Part shown: positions 27,980 through 36,003 of the stretch, one piece after another
How the letters are laid out: every line of letters starts with the position of its first letter
Position numbering within the stretch: the first letter of the stretch is position 1
NCBI GenBank assembly: GCA_902537215.1
Contig: CACBAM010000001.1
Location: 121,100-185,099 of the forward strand
Direction of reading: 5' to 3'
Source: an uncultured Alphaproteobacteria bacterium
GTDB lineage: Bacteria > Pseudomonadota > Alphaproteobacteria > Rhodobacterales > Rhodobacteraceae
DNA length: 64,000 bases
Translations under genes and position numbers: made by a program
The notes under the pieces: generated by a model
Database searches by the model: none
Told to the model about the DNA's origin: nothing
Seen by the model: only the letters and a program-made list of their open reading frames with translations

Positions 27980-29374
27980 CTATTTTTTTCTGACGTTACG
28001 CCTGGAATTTTGTTTGCTTCTTTTCTTTTTTTTTCGATCATTTTTCATTTGAACAAGTTGTTCTTCGCCAAGACTTTCTACCTCCTCTATAGGAGGTAGT
28101 TTTCCTTTGAAATTTTCAATTAGCGCTAAGGCCAAATTTTCATTAGAGAACCGAGTTAATAGCTCATTAGCAAACTTAAGTTCACTAGAACTATTTTTTT
28201 TGTTTCTTGAAAGGTAGTTTATGATCTTTTCATTATCTTTATGTTCTATTTCTTCTTGTGAAAGAAATTTATTAATAACCGGTCTTACCTTTGCAGAATT
28301 GATCAATTTTTCATATTTTCTTTTCTCGCCAGGTGAACAAAAAAGAATACTTCGACCCTTGTTCCCAGCTCTCCCGGTTCGCCCACTTCTGTGTATTAAG
28401 GTTTCTGGATTATAAGGGAGTTCAGCATGTATAACTATATCCAGGTTAACCAGGTCAATACCTCTTGCTGCTACGTCTGTCGCAACACATATCTTACACC
28501 TACCATTTTTTATGGATTGTAATGCCTTGAACCTCTCTGATTGATTTAATGCACCAGATAAGGAGACAACAGAAAAACCTCTATTTAATATTCTAGAAGA
28601 GATATGCGTTACAGCATTCCTAGTAGAGCAAAAAATAATAATAGTCTTATCATCATGAAATCGGAGAAAGTTGAATATTGCATTTTCAATATCATGTTTT
28701 TTTACTAAATATGTTTCATAAGAAATATCAGTGTGGGCTTTGCCAAGACTAGTAGCTTCAATTCTGACTGCGTTTTTTTGGTACTTTGATGCTAATGACA
28801 ATATTTTTTTTGGGAGAGTTGCCGAAAACATAAGTACCCTCTTATTTGCGGGACTTTGATTTACAATCATATCTAAGTCTTGTTTAAAGCCTAAATCAAG
28901 CATTTCATCAGCTTCATCAAGGACAAGCGATCTTAAATAATTTAAGTGGAAAGTTTTCCGACGTATATGGTCATTAATCCTTCCTGGTGTTCCTATTAAA
29001 AGATTAACTCCTTTAGAAATATTTTTTCTTTCTTTTTTTATATCCATCCCACCGATCGCTGTTGAGATTCTGATTTCAGTTTTAGAAAACAGCCATTCTA
29101 ACTCATTAAAAACCTGTAAAGCTAATTCTCGTGTGGGGGTAACGACTAGGGTTTTAAGTTTGTTATCTGAATCCAGAATTTCTTTAAGTCCAGCAACCGA
29201 TATTGACAACCCATAAGCAAGTGTTTTGCCAGAGCCTGTTTGGGAGCTCACCAGAAGATCTTTATCATTGTTACCAGGATCAAGCACTAAGCTTTGAACT
29301 GTTGTTAGTTTGTCATACCCTTTTTCTTTTATTGAGAATTGTAATTCTTCAGGAATAGATTTTGTTTCAAGCAT
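27980..29374 (-). CDS. DEAD-box ATP-dependent RNA helicase
   Basis: SQTGSGKT (motif I), DEAD, SAT, HRSGRTGRAG. Lys/Arg-rich C-terminal tail. Confidence 0.9.
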   Translation of the reverse strand: MLETKSIPEELQFSIKEKGYDKLTTVQSLVLDPGNNDKDLLVSSQTGSGKTLAYGLSISVAGLKEILDSDNKLKTLVVTPTRELALQVFNELEWLFSKTEIRISTAIGGMDIKKERKNISKGVNLLIGTPGRINDHIRRKTFHLNYLRSLVLDEADEMLDLGFKQDLDMIVNQSPANKRVLMFSATLPKKILSLASKYQKNAVRIEATSLGKAHTDISYETYLVKKHDIENAIFNFLRFHDDKTIIIFCSTRNAVTHISSRILNRGFSVVSLSGALNQSERFKALQSIKNGRCKICVATDVAARGIDLVNLDIVIHAELPYNPETLIHRSGRTGRAGNKGRSILFCSPGEKRKYEKLINSAKVRPVINKFLSQEEIEHKDNEKIINYLSRNKKNSSSELKFANELLTRFSNENLALALIENFKGKLPPIEEVESLGEEQLVQMKNDRKKKKRSKQNSRRNVRKK

Positions 29375-29432
29375 TCGCTCAATCTATAGAATAATAAAAA
29401 TAAAGATATAGTTAAGATTTTTAAATTTCGTC

Positions 29433-30185
29433 TCATCTAATCTTTTGATCAAAAGAAAGATTGCCACCTGCCCAAATTGGTAAATTCTCTTTATCATTGA
29501 GCCATTTTTCTTCATCAGGGGTATTAGCTCTTCCAAACTCTGAATTTCTTTGCGGGTAACGCCCAAATTTTTCCAAAACCTGCTTATGTTGGTCTACCGC
29601 CTTCTTATTTCTCCCTTCAAATAGAGTGAAATTAGGATAAGCACCAATTGCCATGTCAATTATTTCGCATGCACGAACAAGGTCGACTATTTCTTCTGAA
29701 TGAGCCAAAGCCCAGGGAAGTAAATATAGTAGTGCTGGAGGCAATTTTAAAGTTTGTTGGACTTTCTCTTTACTAACTAGGTCTCGAACGAGCTCGCGTC
29801 CTATGTAGTCATACGAAAAAGCTTCAGCCGTCCCTCGAAAACATGAGCGAGATAGTTGGTCTGCTAGCAATACTCTAGCAACCTGGCCTTCAAGGGTAAA
29901 CCATTCATCTTCAATTAGGGTTTGTGGATCAGCTTTCAATTCGCGAATAACAGATGAAAATGGCTTGCAAATATCGTCTAAAGCGGTTCCACTCCTAAAC
30001 CATATGCCTAATAGTGGTTCCACTGTTTCATCGTAAAAAAGGCTTTTTCTATCATTAGCATTATTAATATCGCAGCCACACATATAATTCAAAACACTAC
30101 TTGGAGAACGAGGATTAGTAAGAGCTTTCAGGACTGCGGGTTTTCTACTAAATTGCTCAGGGGTAAGATCGTCTGGTAACATCAT
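29433..30185 (-). CDS. DUF924 family protein
   Basis: LADQLSRSCFRG and FGRYPQRNSEFGRANTPDEEKWL are typical of DUF924. Confidence 0.7.
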   Translation of the reverse strand: MMLPDDLTPEQFSRKPAVLKALTNPRSPSSVLNYMCGCDINNANDRKSLFYDETVEPLLGIWFRSGTALDDICKPFSSVIRELKADPQTLIEDEWFTLEGQVARVLLADQLSRSCFRGTAEAFSYDYIGRELVRDLVSKEKVQQTLKLPPALLYLLPWALAHSEEIVDLVRACEIIDMAIGAYPNFTLFEGRNKKAVDQHKQVLEKFGRYPQRNSEFGRANTPDEEKWLNDKENLPIWAGGNLSFDQKIR

Positions 30186-30374
30186 TTAAAAAAGAAGCAA
30201 AGAATGATTTGGTTGGGGAAAGTTTCAATGATCGTAAAATATTAGAGAAAACAATTGAAGAGATATGTAGGAAAAAGGGGTGGAGTTTTAGGTCGTAAAA
30301 ATGTTCAAATTTTTTTCAACCACAGAGTTGAAAGCGTTGTAAAAATCTATGGAGTGGCATTTGCAAAAATTGGT

Positions 30375-30719
30375 TTACGATTTAAAATAGGTTTTATCGA
30401 TCTCTTCATCTTCAGGAAGTAGAGCCGAAGTGAAACGTTCTGTCTCCATCACCATTGAATTAAAAAAACGGTCCATACCCCAAGCATCTAGCTGTTTATA
30501 AACATGGTCTTCGCTAACAGCTTGGAAATGAGTGCAATAAAAGTTGCTTTTACTACCTTGCCATACTTGAATTACAGTCGCAAATTCGCCAACAGTAGTT
30601 TTAGCCCATTCTCCGTGGGTTGCTACATCTGCATATGTTTCCCTAAAATACGATTTATACGCTTTTGCCGCTTCATCATTGTGAGCGTCATGAATAGCCA
30701 TAAAATTTTTAATCATCAA
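30375..30719 (-). CDS. hypothetical protein (114 aa)
   Basis: Intact ORF (TTG-ATG start). No recognisable family. Confidence 0.4.
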   Translation of the reverse strand: MMIKNFMAIHDAHNDEAAKAYKSYFRETYADVATHGEWAKTTVGEFATVIQVWQGSKSNFYCTHFQAVSEDHVYKQLDAWGMDRFFNSMVMETERFTSALLPEDEEIDKTYFKS

Positions 30720-30829
30720 ATGGATCCTTGTTAAATATTAGCTTCTTATACGATATATTAAATGAAACCATTCATAACTTTAAGTTTACTTTCCTAAATT
30801 GGAAGCCAAAATCTCCCACTGAAAGTAAA

Positions 30830-30849
30830 TGTTGTCAAAGTGTTGTCAA
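30830..30849 (-). repeat. orphan arm terminus (TGTTGTCAAAGTGTTGTCAA) without a tRNA part
   Basis: Matches the distal end of the U5 and U7 arms. Lies 95 nt from the 3' end of the intact tRNA-Gln. Confidence 0.6.
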
Positions 30850-30944
30850 AAACGGATTATTCTTCAAACTATAGATTTTGATCCGGTAGATAGCTAATCA
30901 GTAATATCCAAGAAAACATAGTATACTTTAGCTAATTTTAGGAG

Positions 30945-31019
30945 TGGCTGGGGTGGTAGGATTCGAACCTACGGTACACGGGATCAAAACCCGCTGCCTT
31001 ACCGCTTGGCTACACCCCA
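30945..31019 (-). tRNA. tRNA-Gln (anticodon UUG)
   Basis: The 75-nt reverse complement folds as a cloverleaf. Acceptor TGGGGTG/CACCCCA has U1:A72, typical of bacterial tRNA-Gln. Other elements: D-arm GCC/GGC, anticodon arm GCGGG-TTTTGAT-CCCGT, T-arm GTAGG-TTCGAAT-CCTAC, discriminator G and encoded CCA. Confidence 0.9.
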
Positions 31020-31072
31020 ACAGTATTGTTGTAATATCTTAGCGCATAGGATTCAAGGAAATTAGTTGTAGC

Positions 31073-31918
31073 TCAGTCAAAAGATTTTACGACATCATCA
31101 ATTGCTTTAATTTTACTTAATAGCCCTGATAACTGGTCAAGAGGAAGCATAGAAGCACCATCTGACGGCGCTGTCTCAGGCTTCTCGTGGGTTTCAATGA
31201 ACACACCAGCGATACCAACTGCTGTGCCCGCTTTTGCTAAAGTTTCAATGAACTCTCTTGAGCCACCACTCTCTGAGCCTTTTCCTCCTGGTTGTTGAAT
31301 AGAATGAGTAATATCTAAAACGGCTGGGAACCCACTTTGTCTAAGAATTTCTATGGAACGCATGTCGCAAACCAAATCATTATAGCCAAAAGTAGTGCCT
31401 CGTTCACAAAGGAGTAAATTTTTGTTACCTGTAGATATAAACTTTTCAGCCACCTGCTGCATTTCAGAGGGTGATAAAAATTGCCCCTTCTTTATATTTA
31501 CGGGTTTATTTGTTTTACTAGCTGCGATGATTAAATCTGTCTGACGGCATAGAAAGGCAGGTATTTGAAGAATATCAACCTCTTTTGCTACAAGCTCGCA
31601 TTGTTCGGGTGTGTGTATGTCTGTCAATGTGGATATATTTAGACTTCTCTTTAATTTTTGAAAGATTTTAAGACCTTCGTCAATTCCAAGACCACGCTTT
31701 GATAAATGTGAAGTTCGATTGGCCTTGTCAAATGACGATTTAAAGACAAAGTTAATGGCATTATGGTCACAGATTTCTATTAATTTTTCGGCGATCATCA
31801 TTGCATGTTCGAGGCTTTCAAGCTGGCATGGACCAGAAATAAGTGTCACGGGGTACTTATTTGAGATTTTGAGACCATTTAGTTCAATTGTATGATCAGC
31901 GAGTTCAGTATTATTCAT
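31073..31918 (-). CDS. kdsA: 3-deoxy-8-phosphooctulonate (KDO8P) synthase
   Basis: LISGPCQLES, FKSSFDKANRTS, DITHSIQQPGG. 281 aa. Confidence 0.9.
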   Translation of the reverse strand: MNNTELADHTIELNGLKISNKYPVTLISGPCQLESLEHAMMIAEKLIEICDHNAINFVFKSSFDKANRTSHLSKRGLGIDEGLKIFQKLKRSLNISTLTDIHTPEQCELVAKEVDILQIPAFLCRQTDLIIAASKTNKPVNIKKGQFLSPSEMQQVAEKFISTGNKNLLLCERGTTFGYNDLVCDMRSIEILRQSGFPAVLDITHSIQQPGGKGSESGGSREFIETLAKAGTAVGIAGVFIETHEKPETAPSDGASMLPLDQLSGLLSKIKAIDDVVKSFD

Positions 31919-32010
31919 ATAAATCTCTTGTTTTAATTTACTTATTTACTATTAATAATTTAATTATATGTTTACGGCATTTCTTTGTTTTTGAATAGGT
32001 TAAAATTATT

Positions 32011-32490
32011 TTGAAATTCTTTGTGTTAGCAATCTTATATGGTCTGATTTGGATTTCCTTTTCGGGGCATTTTGATTTTCTGTTGTTATCTTTCGGTGTT
32101 ATATCAGTTTTGATCGTCTTATATATACTTCGACGGATGCGCGTAATTGATGAAACCCCAATTAAGTTCCAAATCAACTTATTAAGCTTTGTGAGTTATT
32201 GTTTTTGGATACTAAAGGAAATATTGAAATCTAACATTGCAGTGACTACGACAATATTAAGTCCGAAGATAAAGATTAAACAAAATATGTTTGATGTACC
32301 TCTATCTCCTAAAAGTGAAGCGGCTCAGGTAATATTTGCAAACTCTATTACACTTACTCCAGGGACTATAACGGTTGAAACTGAGAAAAATAGTCTTTTG
32401 GTACATTCCCTAAATTTCTCCAGTAGCACTAAAGATGAAATAGACGATATGGGTAAGAGAGTAAGTAGATGCGAGAGAAAGGGGGCATGA
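32011..32490 (+). CDS. mrpE: Mrp/Mnh cation:proton antiporter subunit E
   Basis: MnhE-like N-terminus (LIWISFSGHFDFLLLSFG), size, and position at the head of the Mrp cluster. TTG start. Confidence 0.7.
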   Translation: MKFFVLAILYGLIWISFSGHFDFLLLSFGVISVLIVLYILRRMRVIDETPIKFQINLLSFVSYCFWILKEILKSNIAVTTTILSPKIKIKQNMFDVPLSPKSEAAQVIFANSITLTPGTITVETEKNSLLVHSLNFSSSTKDEIDDMGKRVSRCERKGA

Positions 32491-32494
32491 ATTT

Positions 32495-32779
32495 ATGTTT
32501 TACGTTGCAACCATCTCAATCATGATTTCATTTATATTGGTGCTTGTAAGATTATTTCTGGGCCCAACATTATATGATAGAGTCCTCGCGTTAAATGCAT
32601 TTGGCACACTAGCTGTTCTAATGATAAGCGTCGTTGGTTTTTTATTTGGCAGACCCGATTTTCTCGATATCGCCTTATTATATGCATTGCTTAATTTTAT
32701 TGGCACAATCGCAATTCTCAAATTCTTTAGATATAAAGAAATTGGCGACAAAAAAGCTATGAGTAGAAAGAAAGCATAA
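32495..32779 (+). CDS. mrpF: Mrp antiporter subunit F
   Basis: LGPTLYDRVLALNAFGT motif. 94 aa, 3 TM. Confidence 0.7.
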   Translation: MFYVATISIMISFILVLVRLFLGPTLYDRVLALNAFGTLAVLMISVVGFLFGRPDFLDIALLYALLNFIGTIAILKFFRYKEIGDKKAMSRKKA

Positions 32780-33093
32780 TGAGTTTGTTTGTAGAAATAT
32801 GTGGTTGGTTTTTTATCCTCTTGGGATCATTTTTGCTTTTGACTGGAAGCTTGGGCTTAATAAGGTTACCTGATTTTTGGTCCAGACTACACGGTGCATC
32901 TATTAGTGATACAGGAGGTGTGCTGTTTCTAATTTTGGGAATGATGTTGCATGTCACGACCATATGGGTCTTTTTTAAACTTTTAGCTATAGCTATCTTT
33001 ATTTTTATTTCCTCACCCACGGCTTCGCATGCCATTGCTAATGCAGCATTTGTTACTCTAGGATACAAAAAAAAGAAGGAAGAAAGAAAATAG
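32779..33093 (+). CDS. mrpG: Mrp antiporter subunit G
   Basis: GSLGLIRLPDFWSRLHGASISDTGG motif. Confidence 0.75.
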   Translation: MSLFVEICGWFFILLGSFLLLTGSLGLIRLPDFWSRLHGASISDTGGVLFLILGMMLHVTTIWVFFKLLAIAIFIFISSPTASHAIANAAFVTLGYKKKKEERK

Positions 33094-33119
33094 AGTTATT
33101 TATTATAATATGTTTCTTC

Positions 33120-33629
33120 ATGGTTTTAGTTACCATCGCAATAATGGCATTGACGTTAAAGCATCTGTTTGCAGTGATAATGTTGTCAGGTGCATTTAGC
33201 TTGGTATCGGCAATGCTTTTTGTGGTGATGGATGCTGTCGATGTTGCCTTTACAGAGGCTGCTGTCGGGGCAGGGGTGTCTACTGTTTTGATGCTTGCAA
33301 CAATGGCGCTCACGGTTCGGGTTCAGAAAGAGACAAAGAGACCTATTATATTTCCGCTTGCAGTTGTTTGCCTTGTTGGTGTTTTGCTAATTTATGGAAC
33401 TCTTGATATGCCGAACTTTGGAACTTTTGATTCACCAGCTCAATTACATCTTGGCTCAACGTATCTAAGTATCACTTATAAAGATATGGGAATACCAAAT
33501 GTCGTAACGGGTATATTGGCGAGTTATCGAGGATATGATACGCTAGGCGAAACAGTGGTTGTGTTAACAGCCGGCCTCGGAGTTATCCTATTATTGAGTG
33601 GTCTCAAAGGAAGAAAAGATAAAGAGTGA
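33120..33629 (+). CDS. DUF4040 / MrpA C-terminal-domain-like (MnhB-related) membrane subunit
   Basis: MDAVDVAFTEAAVGAGVSTV motif, typical of DUF4040. Confidence 0.6.
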   Translation: MVLVTIAIMALTLKHLFAVIMLSGAFSLVSAMLFVVMDAVDVAFTEAAVGAGVSTVLMLATMALTVRVQKETKRPIIFPLAVVCLVGVLLIYGTLDMPNFGTFDSPAQLHLGSTYLSITYKDMGIPNVVTGILASYRGYDTLGETVVVLTAGLGVILLLSGLKGRKDKE

Positions 33630-33633
33630 GGCC

Positions 33634-34074
33634 ATGAAACATCATTTAATTTTAAAAGTTATTACAAAATTTATGGTCGGAGTTATCGTTTTGTTCGGAC
33701 TATATGTACAGTTTCATGGAGATTACTCTCCTGGAGGAGGTTTTCAAGCCGGTGTTATCATCGCGGCTGCATTTATCCTTTATGGTATAGTCATGGGCCT
33801 GGAGAATGTACAAAAAGTAATGCCCATTTGGTTTGCACAGAAGTCAGCAGCGGTGGGTGTATTATTATACGCACTAACGGGTGTTTTCTCAATTTTCTTT
33901 GGATTTGAATTTTTAAACTATTACGCAATTAGCCCCGAACATCCAAAACATGGGCAACATTATGGTATTATATTGGTCGAGCTGGGTGTTGGGATAACAG
34001 TGACTTTTGTAATGATTGCTATCTATTATAGCTTTGCTGGTCGCACTCCGCGTTTAGACGATAAAGAGTGGTAA
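33634..34074 (+). CDS. mrpB: Mrp antiporter subunit B
   Basis: HGDYSPGGGFQAG motif. ATG at 33634 is preferred over the overlapping start at 33598. Confidence 0.7.
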   Translation: MKHHLILKVITKFMVGVIVLFGLYVQFHGDYSPGGGFQAGVIIAAAFILYGIVMGLENVQKVMPIWFAQKSAAVGVLLYALTGVFSIFFGFEFLNYYAISPEHPKHGQHYGIILVELGVGITVTFVMIAIYYSFAGRTPRLDDKEW

Positions 34075-34077
34075 GCT

Positions 34078-34503
34078 GTGGATATTAATTTAAACTTTAT
34101 ATATGGGCACTTGCCTTACTGGTTATTTATTATATTGATGCTCTCAGGCCTCTTTATAGTTGTTTCACGGGGAAATCTGATCAAGAAAATTGTTGGATTA
34201 AATATTTTCCAAACATCAGTTTTTATGTTTTACATATCAATAGGGAAAATGAAGGGTGGCACGGCACCAATTTTACTTGAAAAGTCCGCTAACAGTTCTG
34301 CAGTTATATACTCTAACCCGCTTCCACATGTTCTTATTCTTACCGCAATTGTTGTCGGTATCGCCACTACTGCTTTAGGTTTAGCTTTAATAATAAAAAT
34401 TCGAGAAGAGTATGACACGGTTGAAGAAGATGATATCCAAAAAATGGATCAAAAAGACCTTAAGAAATACAATAAAAAGAATGTTTTGGAGACCAATAGT
34501 TAA
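34078..34503 (+). CDS. mrpC: Mrp antiporter subunit C (NuoK-like)
   Basis: NuoK-like 3-TM core (GLNIFQTSVFMFYI, LTAIVVGIATTALGLAL). GTG start. Confidence 0.75.
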   Translation: MDINLNFIYGHLPYWLFIILMLSGLFIVVSRGNLIKKIVGLNIFQTSVFMFYISIGKMKGGTAPILLEKSANSSAVIYSNPLPHVLILTAIVVGIATTALGLALIIKIREEYDTVEEDDIQKMDQKDLKKYNKKNVLETNS

Positions 34504-36002
34504 TGGCTTCAGAAATTAAACAGGGCACTTTAGAGTTGGTTAATCATTTGCCAATTTTGCAAGTGATTACCCCGATGTTGTTAGCACCCTTATTGGTTGT
34601 GCTTAACAATAAGACATTGTCTTGGTTGCTAAGCTTTCTAGGTACTTTAGCCTGTCTATTTATATCATTTTTACTGATACAAGCTGTTAGTGACGGCAGC
34701 ATTATCACGTATTACCTAGGCGGATGGGTGCCACCAATAGGAATTGAATACAGAATAGACGCCGCCAACGCTATATTATTATTTCTGATATCAATTATAA
34801 GTGTCATTGTTCTGATCTTTTCGTATACTTCACTTCACGCAGAAATTCCCGAAGAAAAACATACTTTGTTTTACTCCTGCTTTCTTTTATGCCTTACCGG
34901 TTTGTTAGGTGTAGTAGCAACAGCTGATATTTTTAACGTTTTTGTCTTTTTAGAGATTTCAAGTTTATCTACCTATGTTTTGGTAGCACAAGGGGCCTAT
35001 CTTGATAGAAGAGCACTTTCTGCGTCCTTTAATTATCTAATAATGGGCACTATTGGTGCAACTTTTTTTGTGATTGGTATTGGATATATATACATGGCGA
35101 CTGGATCTCTAAATATGATAGACATCGCGGAAAGAGTTAGCCAATTAGGTGATAACAAAACTATTCAAGCGGGATTTGCCTTTATTGTTGTAGGGATGGG
35201 GCTTAAGCTTGCCATGGTTCCTCTTCATGTTTGGTTGCCTAATGCTTATACTTTTGCACCTACTGTAGTTACCTGCTTTTTGGCTGCAACAGCGACCAAA
35301 GTTGCGCTTTATGTTTTGATCAGATTTGTATTTTCTGTGTTTAACTATGAAGACAGTTTTGTTAATGAGCTCTTTTTTCTCCTTTTGATGCCTCTTGCAG
35401 TAATCGCAATGATAGCAGCATCAGTCATCGCCATTTTCAAACAGAACTTAAAGAAGCTACTTGCTTATTCTAGCCTCGCACAAATAGGGTATATGCTCCT
35501 TGGATTATCGTTAATGAGTCAAAAAGGTCTTGCATCTTCATTAGTGCACATGGTTAATCATGGCTTCACTAAAGCAGCACTATTTATGTCCCTAGGTGCT
35601 TTTGTGCTTAATACAAAAAATGTATATATAAAGAGTTTAAGAGGTCTGGGAAAATCGATGCCATTTACTTCAGCTGCATTCGTAATTGGGGGTTTAAGCT
35701 TGATTGGTGTGCCTGGTACGGCTGGTTTTATTAGCAAATGGCTACTTCTAGAAGCAGCACTTGAAACCGGGTATTGGTTAGTAGCAATTTTCATTATCGC
35801 GTCGTCGCTCTTCGCAGTTATCTATATTTGGAAGATAATTGAAGTTTTATATTTTTCAGAAAGTTCAGACTCTTACAATGAAGTAAGCGTTCTAACGTTA
35901 TTACCTATTTCGATACTCGCTTTATTTTGTATTTTTCTAGGTATTAATACTAGTTTTACAGTGGATGTAGCTAACATGGCCACAGAAATTCTTTTTAAGT
36001 AG
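34503..36002 (+). CDS. mrpD: Mrp subunit D / NuoN-NuoM-like antiporter subunit (copy 1)
   Basis: Proton_antipo_M-type core (PLHVWLPNAY, LLAYSSLAQIGYML). 499 aa. Confidence 0.8.
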   Translation: MASEIKQGTLELVNHLPILQVITPMLLAPLLVVLNNKTLSWLLSFLGTLACLFISFLLIQAVSDGSIITYYLGGWVPPIGIEYRIDAANAILLFLISIISVIVLIFSYTSLHAEIPEEKHTLFYSCFLLCLTGLLGVVATADIFNVFVFLEISSLSTYVLVAQGAYLDRRALSASFNYLIMGTIGATFFVIGIGYIYMATGSLNMIDIAERVSQLGDNKTIQAGFAFIVVGMGLKLAMVPLHVWLPNAYTFAPTVVTCFLAATATKVALYVLIRFVFSVFNYEDSFVNELFFLLLMPLAVIAMIAASVIAIFKQNLKKLLAYSSLAQIGYMLLGLSLMSQKGLASSLVHMVNHGFTKAALFMSLGAFVLNTKNVYIKSLRGLGKSMPFTSAAFVIGGLSLIGVPGTAGFISKWLLLEAALETGYWLVAIFIIASSLFAVIYIWKIIEVLYFSESSDSYNEVSVLTLLPISILALFCIFLGINTSFTVDVANMATEILFK

Positions 36003-36003
36003 G

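Larger units (their letters stand above)
17268..31019 (-). mobile_element. tRNA-Gln-anchored cassette island (seven cassettes delimited by partial tRNA copies plus a conserved arm)
   Basis: An intact tRNA lies at the right end. Seven same-orientation copies or remnants of its 3' 49 nt, plus one orphan arm end, lie to the left, with accessory-type cargo between them. No recombinase is present in the window. Confidence 0.7.

Noticed and set aside
27852-28052. 66-aa ORF (GTG start) running through the arm of unit U7
   Set aside because: The equivalent frame in U5 (VDIVIRSYQNSHNPLK-stop) and other units is interrupted. Conservation is at the nucleotide level only, so the arm is treated as non-coding.
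17268-30849. Repeat array considered as a possible CRISPR locus
   Set aside because: The repeats are 150-170 nt and partly tRNA-derived. The intervening regions are 0.5-2.9 kb and contain full genes. No cas genes are present.
17268-30849. Classical integron (attC sites plus cassettes)
   Set aside because: There is no intI gene or attI. The units lack the paired GTTRRRY/RYYYAAC core sites and the imperfect palindrome of attC. Cargo orientation is mixed. The resemblance is only in outcome.
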